Assembly (NCBI RefSeq): GCF_036321535.1
Contig: NC_087458.1
Span: forward strand, 3,472,001 to 3,536,000
Length of the DNA: 64,000 nucleotides
Source: Camelus dromedarius
Lineage: Eukaryota
Direction: 5' to 3'
Shown: piece by piece, positions 41,991 to 55,151 of the stretch
Layout of the letters: each line of letters starts with the position of its first letter
How positions within the stretch are numbered: the first letter of the stretch is position 1
Notes under the pieces: model-generated
Seen by the model: only the letters and a program-made list of their open reading frames with translations
Database searches by the model: none
What the model was told of the DNA's origin: nothing
Program-made: the position numbers and the translations under genes

Positions 41991-42852
41991 TCTCTTTCTG
42001 ATTATTAACAGAGACTAATACAGAGGGGTCTGTACTGATAATGCCTGGAAGTTGAAGCAGTATCAGCTCTTTCTAGAAGTTATCCCTGATGAGAATGCTA
42101 GGAGCTGGTTTGTGAAATACTGAATTAATCAAAACTAGTGAAGTGTTTCCTCAATAATAGGATGTAACTGAAGATGATTCTAACCCAACTGACTAACATC
42201 TCAGAAGATGCACATGTTAATAGGCATAGTCTATGTAGTGTCTAAGTGGGGCAATTACAGACTGTGCTGTTTCTCTATCACTAAGAGTATGTGCTACACA
42301 CAAAGGTTTGGACTGTTAAAAGAAGTTTCCTTGGTTGTGAAAGGGTCAGATTGTTCTCATAGCCTGGGTGAAATATTTAAGATTATCCAACTCTACCTCA
42401 GGTTCTGTGTTCAATTAACTTTCCATTTCTGTTTCAAGGTTAAAAAGTATGAGATGGGAGAGCTAGTATGGGAAGGTACATCTATCACTAAAAGTTAAGT
42501 CAATTTGCATTCTGAGCTATTCATAAATCTCTTGTGTATTTTGTTACTGTCTCTTCCCAGTCGGCTCTGGAAGTTCTGATAGTGTCAACTTTTCAGTCCT
42601 ACTGGGCATAGAACAAAATACAGATTGTGGGGAACCTGTGACAACCCTAGTACTCTTCGAGGACCTGCTTAAAGGGCCAGCTGACCTCCCACTCTTTTTG
42701 ACCTCTGATGTCTTTTTTTACGTCTATAACAGTGACCCTATTCTGTTAGGAAGGGTGAAGGGAAAAGAGATTATACTGAACACTTGTTATGTGGTAAGCT
42801 CTATGCTAGGGGCTATCGATGAAGAAGACACATAGTTGTCCCTCAGTACCAA

Positions 42853-43147
42853 NNNNNNNNNNNNNNNNNNNNNNNNNNNNNNNNNNNNNNNNNNNNNNNN
42901 NNNNNNNNNNNNNNNNNNNNNNNNNNNNNNNNNNNNNNNNNNNNNNNNNNNNNNNNNNNNNNNNNNNNNNNNNNNNNNNNNNNNNNNNNNNNNNNNNNNN
43001 NNNNNNNNNNNNNNNNNNNNNNNNNNNNNNNNNNNNNNNNNNNNNNNNNNNNNNNNNNNNNNNNNNNNNNNNNNNNNNNNNNNNNNNNNNNNNNNNNNNN
43101 NNNNNNNNNNNNNNNNNNNNNNNNNNNNNNNNNNNNNNNNNNNNNNN
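42853..43147. other. 295-nt N-run of unknown content
   Basis: Only N-run not inside a histone gene; flanks are L2/MIR-like. Confidence 0.9.
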
Positions 43148-44619
43148 CATGGATACAGAAGGCCATCTGTAATTGTTTCACAGATAAGGAAACTGAGGTT
43201 TTGGAGTTAAAGCACTTGCTGAAGGTCACACCACTACTTACAAAGACAGGATTAGAACCAAGGGCTGCCTGCCTCAAAGACTGTTCATGATCACTTTGTG
43301 CACACTGTCCCACTAACTACATTATGGGCTTCATGAAGTCACTTAACTTGCTGAGTCTTGCTTTCTCCCTCTGTTACAGAGAAGGAGAGAATAGGAGACA
43401 AAATCTGACTTAATACTTAAGAGTCTATCCAGCTGTAAAACCTTATTAGATAAGTCCAGATAGGCCAATATCCTACAAATTACAGGCTCAATTACTATCT
43501 ATTGCTCCCCAGAGCTCCTTTTCCAGCATTCCTACCAGAGCTATTAAAAAATAAAATAGAGCAGGCCATTTGGAAAAGTAGTATACCATCGCAGACAAAC
43601 GGGCTGCAGCTTTTCTTCCTTAACACCTCTGGGATTTTTAACCAAAGGTAACTGAGTTCCTTTCCAGGCAATCTAGTGAAACAAACATTTAGTTTGCATT
43701 CTACATCCATTCTACTGTTCCAGTCATACTCTTCCCCCTTCCCTTTTTCTTCTGCCTCTCCCCAACTCCATCCCCAGTCCTCTCCATACTGAGCTGCACA
43801 CCATTCATGAGATGAGCAAGGCCTTTCTATAGCTCCCTGCCATTGCGCATACAGTTGCCTCTGTCTAGGATGCTTCAGCCTCCTCTTGACCTGCAAAATC
43901 CTCATCCTTCCAGTTTCCACCCAGATATCACCTCCTCTTTCATGAGGCCCTCCCTACTCCCACACACACACAGCCTCAATGCACCACATCTCTTTGTTCA
44001 CATCCTGGTGTCAGAAGTTAACCGATCTGTCCTGTGTTTTGACCTTGGTCTCAATTCATTTCTGTGACCACCTCAAGGGAGAGACCATATCTTCTTCACC
44101 TTTGAATCAGGAGTCCTTGATTTCTTCTACCTGTCTCTTAATAGGGTAATGACATGTTCTGGCATGAGTAAGTGAAACTATACTCTTAGAGAATTAGTGT
44201 CTTCTTTTCTAAAATGTTTCTCTTTAGTCAACAAACCACTCACCAAATGCCAACTATAAACAGTAGACTGTAGTAACCAGAGTGATGGAAGATATGATAG
44301 AAGCTCATTAATTAAATAAAAATAATATACCCTACCATAATAGAGTCATGAGAATAAATGTAAAGAACCTAGTATGGAACCTGGAACCTGAGATGCCCCA
44401 ATGCTGGATTAGGAAGCAGAACAGCTTAACAGTGGTTAAGAGCCCAAATTCTCTGGGTTTGTTTACCATCTGTGACCATGGGCAACTTACCTAACCTCTT
44501 AGGGTCTCTACTTCCTCATCGTAAACCAAGAGTAATAACAGTAGCTACTTCATGGACTTGTCACACTGAATTAAAAGAGTTCATAAATCTCAAACATTTA
44601 CAATAGACTTGGCACCAAT

Positions 44620-45120
44620 AAAGCTGTGTCATCTCAAAAATTCTTTGAATGAGTTTGTCATTTCAGAAATAAACATTGTGTTTATCCTATGACCTAGCAA
44701 TTCCACTCCTGGATATACACCAAACAGAAATAAGTGTTTACATCCAACAAAACGCATGTACAAGAATGTAGTATATTCATATACTATAATACTACACAAC
44801 AAGGAAAATGCACAAATTACTGCCACACACATGGATAAATCTCACGATGTTGAGGAAGAGACAAACACAAATGAATTCATGTGTTCTATTTATAAGAAGT
44901 TCAAAATCAGGCAAAACTAATCTATGGTGCTCGAGGGTACAGTAATGATTACCAGTGTCAGGGTAGTACTGACTTCCCTGGGAGCCTTCCAAGGTGCTAG
45001 AAATTTCTGTATCTTGATATGGGTGTATTTGTATGTAAAATTAAGCTGTATACTTAAGATTTGTACATTTCTTATGTGGAAATTATATGTCAATAAGCAC
45101 AAATTAATTTTTTTAATGAA
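44620..45120 (+). mobile_element. Old L1 (L1ME-type) 3' fragment (approximate)
   Basis: cctatgacctagcaattccactcctggatatac...gcaaaactaatctatggtg...tatatgtcaataa. Confidence 0.6.
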
Positions 45121-46611
45121 CAAATACTGAAGTAATTAATCATTATGGGGAAAAGAATGAATACTTTGCTGGGCATCTTAATCGTCATGTTACAGATTAG
45201 TGTTTACTGTTTTTTTGTTTTGTTTAATTACACATGAGGCAGCCACCAGCATAATCTCTCAGTGCTTAAAACCTCTAAAAGTCTTAATCTGTCCATGACA
45301 CACCTTCACTAAATAGCAGATACTATGATTATGTTTTTATCAGAAACAAAGACACTAAACTTGCCCTATGGAGCCTGAAACTTACAAAGCTTTCATTTGT
45401 TTTTGCAACGGGAATAATAATGATGTCAGCCCTTCCTATACATGTATGAGTTCACTTATCCATCCAACACATTTTACTGAACACCCACAAGTATGCCAAC
45501 AATGAGCTTGACATAACACATCTAGAATGTAGTGAATACATTCCCTCCGGCCAGATCTCTCTTTTCACATGATTAGTTCCCACTAGTCATTCACATCGCT
45601 GTTTATATGTCCCCTCCACAGCAAGGCCTTCTCTGACCACAGCCTCCCACCAGTCCCCCCACCCCACCCCAGTTACTGGATTAGCAAATTACAGATCCTG
45701 TAGATGCCATCTCTTTAATAGCTTTCTGGTCAATTGGCTTCTCTCCAGCCCATCTCCTGCCTCCACTCAGATTATCTTTCACCAGACTATTGCCAAAGCC
45801 TTTTCTACTCTTCTCTCTGCTTCCACTCTTCCCATTCCACTAACAGATTCTTCACACACTAGCCAGAGTGCTCTTCTAATAGAAAATCCGATTCTTTTCT
45901 CACCATGTATCTTCCCCATGGTAATTTCACTCCCCTCACCCACTTCCCCACCTAACCCCCCACCCATGACTTCATTTCACCTTCAATAACTCTTCAGATA
46001 CACTTCTCAAATGCAAAAATTAGTAGACAAAAGCTTAATGAGAAATAGAATATAAAGAAGACTCGAAGTATCTCCTACAACTACAAATGGAAAAAGAATA
46101 ATTTTACAGTGGAGAAACCTGAGAGATACCACCTGGATCAACTGATCAGAATTATCACTAGCAAAAGGACAAATCAAATTATATGCCCCCATATGGTTCA
46201 GTGAGGACTCAATATCACTTCTGCAGTATTCCTGCCAAAAATGCATATCCTAAATCTGAATCAGAGGGAAACACTAGACAAACCCAAACTGAGGGATATT
46301 CAACAAAATACACAGTCTGTACTCCTCAAAAATGTCAAAGTCATGGAAGACAAAGACCAAGGAACTATTCCAGACTAATGGAGACTACAGAGGCGTAACA
46401 GCCGAACACAGCATGTGCCCCTAGATTGGCTCCTGGCCCAGAATTTTTTTTTTTTCATTGTTTATAGAGGACATGAGTGGGACAGTGGGCAAATTTTGAG
46501 TGAGATCTGTAGATTATAATACTGTATCAATGTTCATTTTCAGAGTTTGACAATTATACTGTTGGTTATGTGAGAAAATGTCTTTTCTTTAGTAAATATA
46601 CATTAGTAAAT

Positions 46612-47198
46612 ATATATTAGAGTTCTTCAAAGAAACAGAATAGGATGTATATGGAGAGAGAAAGAGCAAGTGAGAGAGAGAAAGTGAGACAGAGCAAGAG
46701 AGAGAGAGATTTATTATAAGGAATTGACTCACATGATAATGGAAGCTGACAAATCCCGAGATCTGCAGGGTGAGTCAGCAAGCTGGAAACCTAGGAGCGC
46801 TGATGGTGTAGTTGCAGTCCAAGCCTGAAGGCCTGAGAACCAACAGAACCAATGCTGTAGTCCCAGCCAAAGGCTAGAAGGCTGGGGACCCAGGAAGAGC
46901 CAGTGTTTCAGTTGAGTTTGAAGGCAGTAAAAAAGCCAATGTCTCAGTTCAAAGGCAATCAGACAGGAAAGAACTTTCTCTCTCTCTCAGGGAGGGTTAA
47001 CCTTTTTATTCTCTTCAGGCCTTCAACTAATTGGATGAGACGGGCCACAACCAGGAAGGGCAACCAGCTTTACTCAGTCTACCAATGTAAATGTTAATCT
47101 TAACCAAAACACACTCACAGAAACCCCAGGATAATGTTTGACCAAATATCTGAGCATCCCGTGGCCTAGTCAAGTTGACACATAAAATAACCATCACA
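46612..47198. mobile_element. MLT2B-like ERVL LTR
   Basis: tattagagttcttcaaagaaacagaatagg...gatttattataaggaattgactcac...ttgacacataaaataaccatcaca. Confidence 0.8.
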
Positions 47199-47439
47199 GA
47201 TAGTTAGAGGTAAATGGACTTTATCTCTGAAACTTACTCTCAAACAGTTCAGGGAAAAAAATTATATATGTGAAGATTGATACATAGAAATAAAGCAAGT
47301 ACAATAAAATGTTAATATATTAATAATCTGGGTATCAGGGTGAGGGATAGACAAGAATTATTTGTACTATTTTTGCAATTTCTGTAACTCTGAAAACACT
47401 TAAGAAAAAGTTAAAAATACAATTCACACATACATAGAG

Positions 47440-49120
47440 CCATATATCCAACTTGACATCTCTTCTTGAATATCATAAAGATACTTCAGATTTAAGTCCA
47501 AAACAGTACCGGACACCTAATCGTCCACTTCCCCATTCTTCCAAACCTGGTCCTCTTCCAGTATTCATCTTAGGGAATAAATGCAATCCATCGAGATGCA
47601 GAAACCTGATAGTTATCCTTCACACTTTCCCTCCCGTAACTGGCTCATTACCACATCCATGAATTTTACCCTCCTAATATATTATCTTGTAGCCACAATT
47701 TCTTCCCATCTCAATCTCCACCTCCACCACCACCACCTTGGTCCAAGTCATCATCATCTTTCATCTAGACTACTACAATAACCTCCCAGCTGGTCTCCCT
47801 TCTTGCACTCCTACCTCCTCTACAGTTTTCCACACTGCAGCTAGTGATCTTTGCAAAATACACATTGAAAGAGGGCTAAATGCAATACATGATCCTCCAC
47901 TAGCTTTCTAAAAATAAAAAGTTATAAAGGACACTAATGAGACAACTGGGGAAATCTGAATATCAACTGTATATTAGGTACTGGTATGAATATTAAATGT
48001 CTTAGGTGTGGTAGTGGCATTGTGGTTATGCAGAAAAATGTCCTTGTCTTAGGAGGCACATGCTGAAGTATACAGTAGTGAAATGCAAAACTTTTTTTAC
48101 AGCTAACTCTCAAATGATTCAGCAGAAGTGGTACATTTTATTTTTATTATACACACACATATTCAAAGATTAAAAAGCAAATCTCACAAAATATCAGTAG
48201 AGAATAAATGGGGTGCTCACTACTAACTTTGCAACTGACATTAAGCTTCTTGAATGTGATAAGGATATCGTGGTTATTTAGGAGAATATCCTTGTTCTTA
48301 GGAGATACTTATTGGAGTACCTAGGGATGAAATGTCATGCTATCTGCAACTTCCTTTCAAAAAAGTATATAAATATATTTCTAAAGCATATAGGATACAT
48401 AAAGGACTTAAATATAAAAGTATATAAGTATTTAAAATATAATATGTAAAAAAATAGTGGAAGTAGAGGATATTGCTTTGTACTTTCCAACTTTTCTGCA
48501 GGTTTGAAATTTTTCAGAATTAGAAGTTGGGGGAAATACATATATGGAGAAATCTATAAAATATGAAGGATGCAAGATAAAATATAGATTGAATTGACAA
48601 GTTATCTATCATCTTGGAAAAATCTCATCCCTGCTTAAAACTTTCCCTTCCTTCCTACTGCTCCTAGGATAAAGACAAAACTGCCTAACAAGACCTACAG
48701 GGCCCAGCCTGGTTTGGCCCCTTCCTCTTCTCGCCACAGGCCTATGCACTCACCCCAGCTCCCAACACCATCATCTCTGCCCTGTCGGTTCCAACCATGC
48801 CTAACTACACCCAAAGGAACCACCAGGAGGAAAGTACTCTCCTCCTGGCCTTTGTACGAAAGCTACCACACTATAAGCACTGAGAAAGGATTTTCGTCTC
48901 TTCTAAACTGTTCCCCTAAACTTTCTCTGCTCCCCAAAGTCTGGATGGCGTGCCTCCTTAGCATCCTGTTCTTAGTCCCATCACAGCACTCAGCACATAG
49001 TATTGCACCTGTCCCCTCATTTATCCATCTTCTCCAGCGTTCTGTAAACTGCCTGAGGACAGGGCCTGTCTTCCCTCCCTAGCCTCCAGAACTGGTCTGG
49101 TGCGCAATAATTATGTATTC
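47440..49120. mobile_element. L2 fragments interrupted by L1MC-like sequence (about 47860-48545)
   Basis: L2 motifs (ctagactactacaataacctcccagctggtctccct; gcctgaggacagggcc) flank L1MC-type motifs (aatgtccttg...catgctgaagta). Confidence 0.55.
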
Positions 49121-49229
49121 AATAAATGAAATAGACTGTACTTTCTCTTATGTAAAATAAAGGAGTTGGGCTACATGACCTATAAGATCTATATTGGCAA
49201 TAAAATGGGTAGAATAATCCCAAACCCAA

Positions 49230-49850
49230 CTGCGCCGAACTCCCATTTTCTTCGCAATTCCTCCAATTCGGCACCTCCATCGACGTCCCGAGTCGGGCCA
49301 AGTGGAGACTACAGTTCCCGTGAGCCCTCGGGGTACCACGTGACCGATGCCGGTTCTAATCGCGTTGCGAGGACTCCATTTCCCAGCGTGCCTCCGGACG
49401 CGAGGTCTGCATTCCGCTCAGAACGTCGGGAGTTCTGGCCCTGAGGGGTAACTGCTGCAGCCAAGACTGAGTGCAAGGTAGTGAGGGCCCAGTCTGGGGT
49501 TCAGAGGGGACGTGTGGACACTGGCTCAACTAAAAGCCCGGAGCTTCACATACTCTACCTTTGCAGCCTCCAGCCTATTCCTTATGAATCCCCGTGGTAA
49601 CGAACGTGCCTCGCGCGCAGGCCCTGTCTTAAACCCCGTCGCCGCTCCGCCGCCCGCGGAGGCTAGATTCCCGTCCGTCACACGGAGGGAAGGGGCGGTG
49701 CCTTGCGTCTCTCGCGTTAAGGCGGGGCCAAGCAGGAGCCGAGTGTGGACGTTCGCCGCGGGCGGGGGCTGGGGTAGCTGGGAGACTGGTGTCTCACCTA
49801 GCGCGAGGCCCTGTCCCTCACTGTTCCCGTCCTTCTCCCTGTGGTAGCCG
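49230..49850 (+). promoter_or_regulatory. BOLA1 CpG-island promoter and 5' noncoding region
   Basis: ZNF143/SBS-like actacagttccc (49308-49319), E-box cacgtg (49337-49342), candidate donor aag|gtagtg (49477/8), acceptor pyrimidine tract tag| before 49848. Confidence 0.65.
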
Positions 49851-50264
49851 ATGCTGAGTGGGCAGCTGGTCGGACGCTTCTTCTCCATGGCCGGCCGCGT
49901 CTGTCTGTCCCGGAGCAGCGCGGGATCGGAGACCGTCGGTCCCGTTGAGGCCGCCATTCGCGCGAAGTTGGAGCAGGCCTTGAACCCCGAGGTGCTGGAG
50001 CTGCGTAACGAGAGCGGCGGCCACGCGGTCCCACCAGGCAGTGAGACCCATTTCCGCGTGGCAGTGGTGAGCTCGCGCTTTGAGGGACTGAGTCCCCTCC
50101 AAAGGCATCGGCTGGTCCACGCGGCGCTGTCGGAAGAGCTGGCTGGGCCAGTCCACGCGCTGGCCATACAAGCGTGGACCCCTGCCCAGTGGAGGGAGAA
50201 CCCTCAACTGGACACGAGCCCCCCCTGCCTGGGCGGGAGCAAGAAAACTCGAGGAACTCCTTGA
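49851..50264 (+). CDS. BOLA1: BolA-like protein 1, mitochondrial (137 aa, single coding exon)
   Basis: NESGGHAVPPGSETHFRVAVVSSRFEG...RHRLVH...VHALAI motifs; His58/67/102 present; AATAAA at 50310-50315; syntenic with HIST2 and SV2A. Confidence 0.97.
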   Translation: MLSGQLVGRFFSMAGRVCLSRSSAGSETVGPVEAAIRAKLEQALNPEVLELRNESGGHAVPPGSETHFRVAVVSSRFEGLSPLQRHRLVHAALSEELAGPVHALAIQAWTPAQWRENPQLDTSPPCLGGSKKTRGTP

Positions 50265-51599
50265 ATCCTGAGAGAGAGGGAGAACCAGGATCCAAATGGG
50301 TTGGGTGAGAATAAACTACTGGGGCCTTCTTTCCTCTGTACAGTCTGGTATTTGTAAGGGATGAGGACCCTGGGGCCCATTCAACCGGCATATACACATA
50401 CTCTGCAGACAGCAACTCATTTCACCTCATAGCTAACCCAGGGAAAGAGTAGTCTCTCCTGCTCTTGCCATGGACTGTTCAGGGAAAAGTACGCAGTTAT
50501 TTCGAATTAAATTGTGACTAAAGAACCACTAGACCTTATGAGTCGCAGATAATCCTGTACACTAAAAGAGAAATTATCATATGAGTTGAATTGCTGTGTT
50601 ATTAGTGGCCTGTTGGATCAGTGCTACAGATGTTCTTGGGAGAAAAAAGATACTTGAAGTGTAGGGCAGTCAGGAAGGGCTTTATTCAATCAGAAAGGAG
50701 AGGAAAGCTGTTGCAGGCAGAGGGAAGAGCCCAAGCAAAGGCACAGAAGCTGGACTAGGCAGCGAGTTATTGGACAAGACAGCAGTTACAGACACATTTG
50801 AACTTCAGACTTGGGAGTGTTTGGCTTTCTAACAACATGCCCATTTCCAAAAGGATTTGCGTTTGTTCGTGAGAAAAATCTTTTTAAAAAAATCACTAAA
50901 GCAACAAAAAGATGATAACCTAGGAAATGAATATAGAAGATGGAGAAAACTTTATATAGCACTTTTTCCTTTGAGCCTTCCAAACGTCTTATTTCTGAGG
51001 GGAACTCAAGTGATATCTAAATAAGCAACTTTGCAGTGATCTCAACGTAGAGATGGAACTTTATAAAGAAAAAGCTTGATTAACACGTGTCGACCATTTC
51101 TTGCTAAAGAGTATAGACTGCATCTGGTTGGGCAGCAGGGAGTCACTGAAGAGTTTTGAGGAAAGGCATTTCAAAGAACATTTTGGGATAGATTGATCTG
51201 ACCGTGATGTAGGAGATTGGAGGCACAGAGATCAACTGATGGTGAAGGTGGAACCCTGACCAAGAGGTCAGCTGTGGAAATGGAGAGGAAGGGGTTGATT
51301 TGAGAGCTCCCACTTAAAAAGTCAGAAAAGGGCTTGATTCAAACAGTAGTGAACCAGAGAGAGGGGATTAATGGTAACCTCTCGGCAGTGGTTTTCAGAT
51401 TTCCTCACAAATAAGAGTTCCCAAGGGAACTTGTTTAACATGTACAGTCTAGGTCACCTCTCTTCTAAAAAAAGGATTCAGCTCCGCAAGTTGAGAATGG
51501 AATCTGGAATCTGTATTTTTAAAAGACACAAGAGGGTTTGGAGGAAAATTGATTCTGTTCTTAAGAAATATTACTCCAAGTTGTTTGTTTTCATTTTTG

Positions 51600-52455
51600 G
51601 AGATTTTAGATTTTTAAAAAATTATTTTGTAACATTGCAGCAAAAACTCTAAATATGAGATCTACCTTCTCAAATGTTTAAGTGCACAATATATTATCAC
51701 TGACTGTAAGCACAGTGTCGTACAGCAGGTCTCTAGAGCTTATTTATCTTGCGTCACTGAAATTTTATGCCTGTTGATTGGTAGCTGCTTCTCCCCCAAG
51801 CCCGTGGCAACCAACATTCTAGTCTGAGTCTATGAATTTGACTATTTTAGATAATTAATATAAACAGAATCATCCAGTATCTGTCTTTCTGTGACTTATT
51901 TCACTTAGTGTAATGGCCTCATGATTTATACATGTTGTCACATATTGCAGAATTTCCTTCTTTTTTAAGGCTGGCAGATACTCCATTGTATGTATAAACT
52001 ATTTGTTCTTTATCCATTCTTCCACTCTACATCTTAGCTATTGTGAATAATGCTACAGTGAACATGCTAATGCCTCTCCAAGATCTTGATTTTAATTCTT
52101 GCGGATAAATACCCAGAAGTGAGATTGCTGAATCATATGGTACTCCTACTTTTAATTTCTGAGGAACCTCCATATTCTTTTCCAGGGTGGCTGTACCATT
52201 CTGCCGTCCCATCAACAATGTGCAAGGGTTCCAGTTTCTCCACATTTTGCCAACACTTTTTTTTGATAATCGCTATCCTGACAAGTGTGAGGTAATATCT
52301 CATTGTGGTTTTGATTTGCACCTCCCTGATGATCAGTGACATAGAGCGTTTTTTCATATTTACCTATTGGCTGTTGTATGTCTTCTTTGGAAAAATATCT
52401 ATCCAAGTCCTTAGCCCATTTTTTAATCAGGTTATTTGTTTTTTTGCTGTTGAGT
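51600..52455 (-). mobile_element. L1MA/L1MB-type L1 3' fragment
   Basis: gatctaccttctcaaatgtttaagtgcaca...ctcattgtggttttgatttgca...ttgctgttgagtt. Confidence 0.8.
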
Positions 52456-52661
52456 TATAGAACATTATCCCAAGTTTTCAAATCTGGGAGACAGAGGGGA
52501 CACTCCACCTGTAAAAGTGGAAAGGTCAGGAGAGAGAGACTGACAGGAAATCATGTTTTTCTGGCCTCCCAGGACCCTCTTAGGAGGCAGGTCAGAGTTG
52601 GATATAGGTGGAGGCAAAGAAGCAGATACAGCCATTTTGGGTTTTAAGGATTTGTTTCCTT

Positions 52662-52667
52662 TTTATT
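52662..52667 (-). terminator. Probable SV2A poly(A) signal (AATAAA)
   Basis: tttatt on plus strand, about 1.73 kb after the stop, just before L1 sequence begins. Confidence 0.6.
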
Positions 52668-54160
52668 TTTCATCAATGTTTTCATTTCATTTTTCACATC
52701 AACATAGTTGGGTTTAGGGTTCCCCAGGAGAGTAAGGGAGATGGATGGGTCCCTCCAGGGGGGTGCAGGGAAGAGGGCTGCGTCCAGCAAGTGAAGGGTG
52801 AGGAAAGGGCACACACTCGTACACTGGGCACTGGAGGGGAAAGCAGTCCTTTGAGCACAGACACCAAAGAGTTAAACAGTCACCACCTGGTTCAGTGTTA
52901 CAAAATGGGAGTGACCACAGGGAGGGGGCACCGCCAGACGCAGCATGAGGAGGGTGAATTTGGATTTTCTTTTTTTGTTGTTTTCACTTTTTTCCTTTTA
53001 AATTTTTTTTTAACATTTACAAACAGCTAAAAACTACAACACATCACAGCTACAGTGGGGGGAAAGGGGGCACCAAAGAAAGCCACGTGGAGTGGGGTAG
53101 GGCAGGAGCAGCTTTACCTACAGGGGCTATCCTGTGAAGAGGGTGAGATGGGGAAGCTGAGGCTTCTGGTCCCTGCATTAGGGGCCCCTGGCTTACTGTC
53201 TGACCTCTTCCCACTTTAGAGGGGTTGCTGGGAAGGCCCCTGGTTCCTGGCCCTGCCCCTTGTGCTTTTTGATCTGCTGGTTTGACCATATGCCTAGTTT
53301 CTTTCCCTCCCCTGCTACCCTGCCTGTGAGGGGACGGGGGTGGGGGTGGGAGGGCTGCTGTGCTGTTCCTGTCTGTGCTGTAGTGGGTCAAGCCTCTCAC
53401 TCCAGAGGAGGCCTGTGCTTCCTGAGAGGAGGGGAGGAGGTAACCTTGTCAGGTGTCCTCAGATTTTCCTACACTGTGGGACTCTTATCCCAGCCTGGCC
53501 TAGGGCTCCTCCCTCCCAGGCCCGGCCCAGAAACAAGATGAGAGGAGATACTGTGGGAAGCAGGGCTGTGTGTGGGTCCACTGAAATTATCCTTGGCTTG
53601 TATTTCAGGACAGTATAGTCACACCCCCGGCCCACGGCACATACACATGCATACAAAAGTGTACACACGTGTTCATGTTCACACACACACACAGTCCTGC
53701 TGAGCTGCCTCAGAACCTAATATATAAATAAATAAGAATCAGAAAGCTAATTTCATAAAATTCAGGTTTCTTACTTGGAGCCCAAACTGAGGAAGCAGAG
53801 GCCAGGGCACTGAGATTTACTGCTGCTCCCCCAGCATCCAGCAGGTGTGAAGGGACACCGGAGGCCCCTCCGACTCTAAGAAGTTCTTTTGGTCCGTGGT
53901 CTACACAAAGCCCCAGCCCCCCGATGGTCATATGCCTGTGGTTTCGCTAGGGCACAGGCAGAGGGGATGAGGGGAAGGCAGGAAGCCTGATCCATAGCCC
54001 CAGGAGCCAGGAAGCGCAGGGGCCTCTCACTAACACTGGGGGAGAAGGGTGGGGCCGAGCCTTCTCTTGTGCAAAGTGGAGGGTGGTAGGAGGTGGGGAG
54101 TAGATCTGCATCCCAACACTGGGATGGAGGCGCCTTCCCTGTAGTCCCTGCCCACGGGGT

Positions 54161-54177
54161 CACACACATGTGCGCGC

Positions 54178-54250
<73 letters not shown>

Positions 54251-54262
54251 TACACACACACA
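54161..54262. repeat. Compound microsatellite (CT)24(CA)10 with flanking alternating purine-pyrimidine runs, in SV2A 3'UTR
   Basis: Counted directly. Confidence 0.95.
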
Positions 54263-54391
54263 GCTAAGACACCAAACACGGGCGAGTGGGGAAAGAGGGC
54301 TCTGGGAGCCATGATGGCAGGGCAGGGAGGGGAAAGAAGGAGTTGTTGGTCTCACAGTGTGCCTGCCACCCCCAAAGCCCCAGAAGCTCCC

Positions 54392-54575
54392 TCACTGCAG
54401 CACCTGCCCCCGGGTCTCAGGCAGCTTCAGGGCCAGAGAACTACCAAGGGCAAGGGCAGCTGAGGCAAAGAGGATGGGGGCAGCCTTGGTGATTCCCACA
54501 AAGGATGTGAAGATGCTGATCCCCAGCACAGCTGCCAGCTTACACAGGGCATTCAGGAAGCCGAAGGCTGTGGTC
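54392..54575 (-). CDS. SV2A: SV2A last coding exon (184 nt incl. TGA)
   Basis: TTAFGFLNALCKLAAVLG...LPETRGQVLQ*; AG acceptor. Confidence 0.96.
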
Positions 54576-54991
54576 CTGCTCAGGAGTCCCCCAGCACAGC
54601 ACGCAGCAGGGACGGGCCGGCCCAGGAGGGAGACGAAGGAAGAGCAGTGGGAGGGTTGGTGGGGGAAGGGCAGGTAGGTGGGAAAGTGAAGGAAAGATGG
54701 CAGGCAGTGTCCAAGAGGGAGAGGAAGGATGGAGAGATGAGAGGTGAGGGATGCACATCAGGAAATAAGGATAAATTGGGAGGCAAGGGGAAAGGACACC
54801 AAAAAACTAGGTTAATAGTTAAGACTTCAAGGAGTGAATACAAAAGCTACCAGCTTTTAGAGGAGAAACTAAAGGGGAATGTGTACCCCTTTTACCCCTG
54901 CCTTTCCCAGTCAGCCCCCTTCCTCACCCTACTTCTGCCCTGCCCTCTGGGCCCGAACCCTGCTGCCCTGCCGCCACCACACTCCACCTAC

Positions 54992-55151
54992 CTCTTGTCC
55001 GAGGGGTAGAGTTCAACAGTCAGCACGTCCAGCGAGTTCCAGGATGCAATGCTGACCCCCCCAAAAAGGCAGAGCAAAGCGATCATGGCCGACTCGCTGT
55101 TCCCAAAGGACAGGAAGAAGCAGGAGACACAGGACATGACGCTGGAGCCAG
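54992..55151 (-). CDS. SV2A: SV2A coding exon 11 (160 nt)
   Basis: GSSVMSCVSCFFLSFG...SIASWNSLDVLTVELYPSDKR; AG/GT. Confidence 0.96.

Noticed and set aside
47860-48545. Recurrent aatgtccttg...catgctgaagta motif (also near 24390)
   Set aside because: Explained by internally repetitive 3' regions of old L1MC-type elements, not a novel repeat.
49526-50415. Antisense ORFs of 129-213 aa over BOLA1
   Set aside because: GC-rich shadow frames with no recognisable domain.
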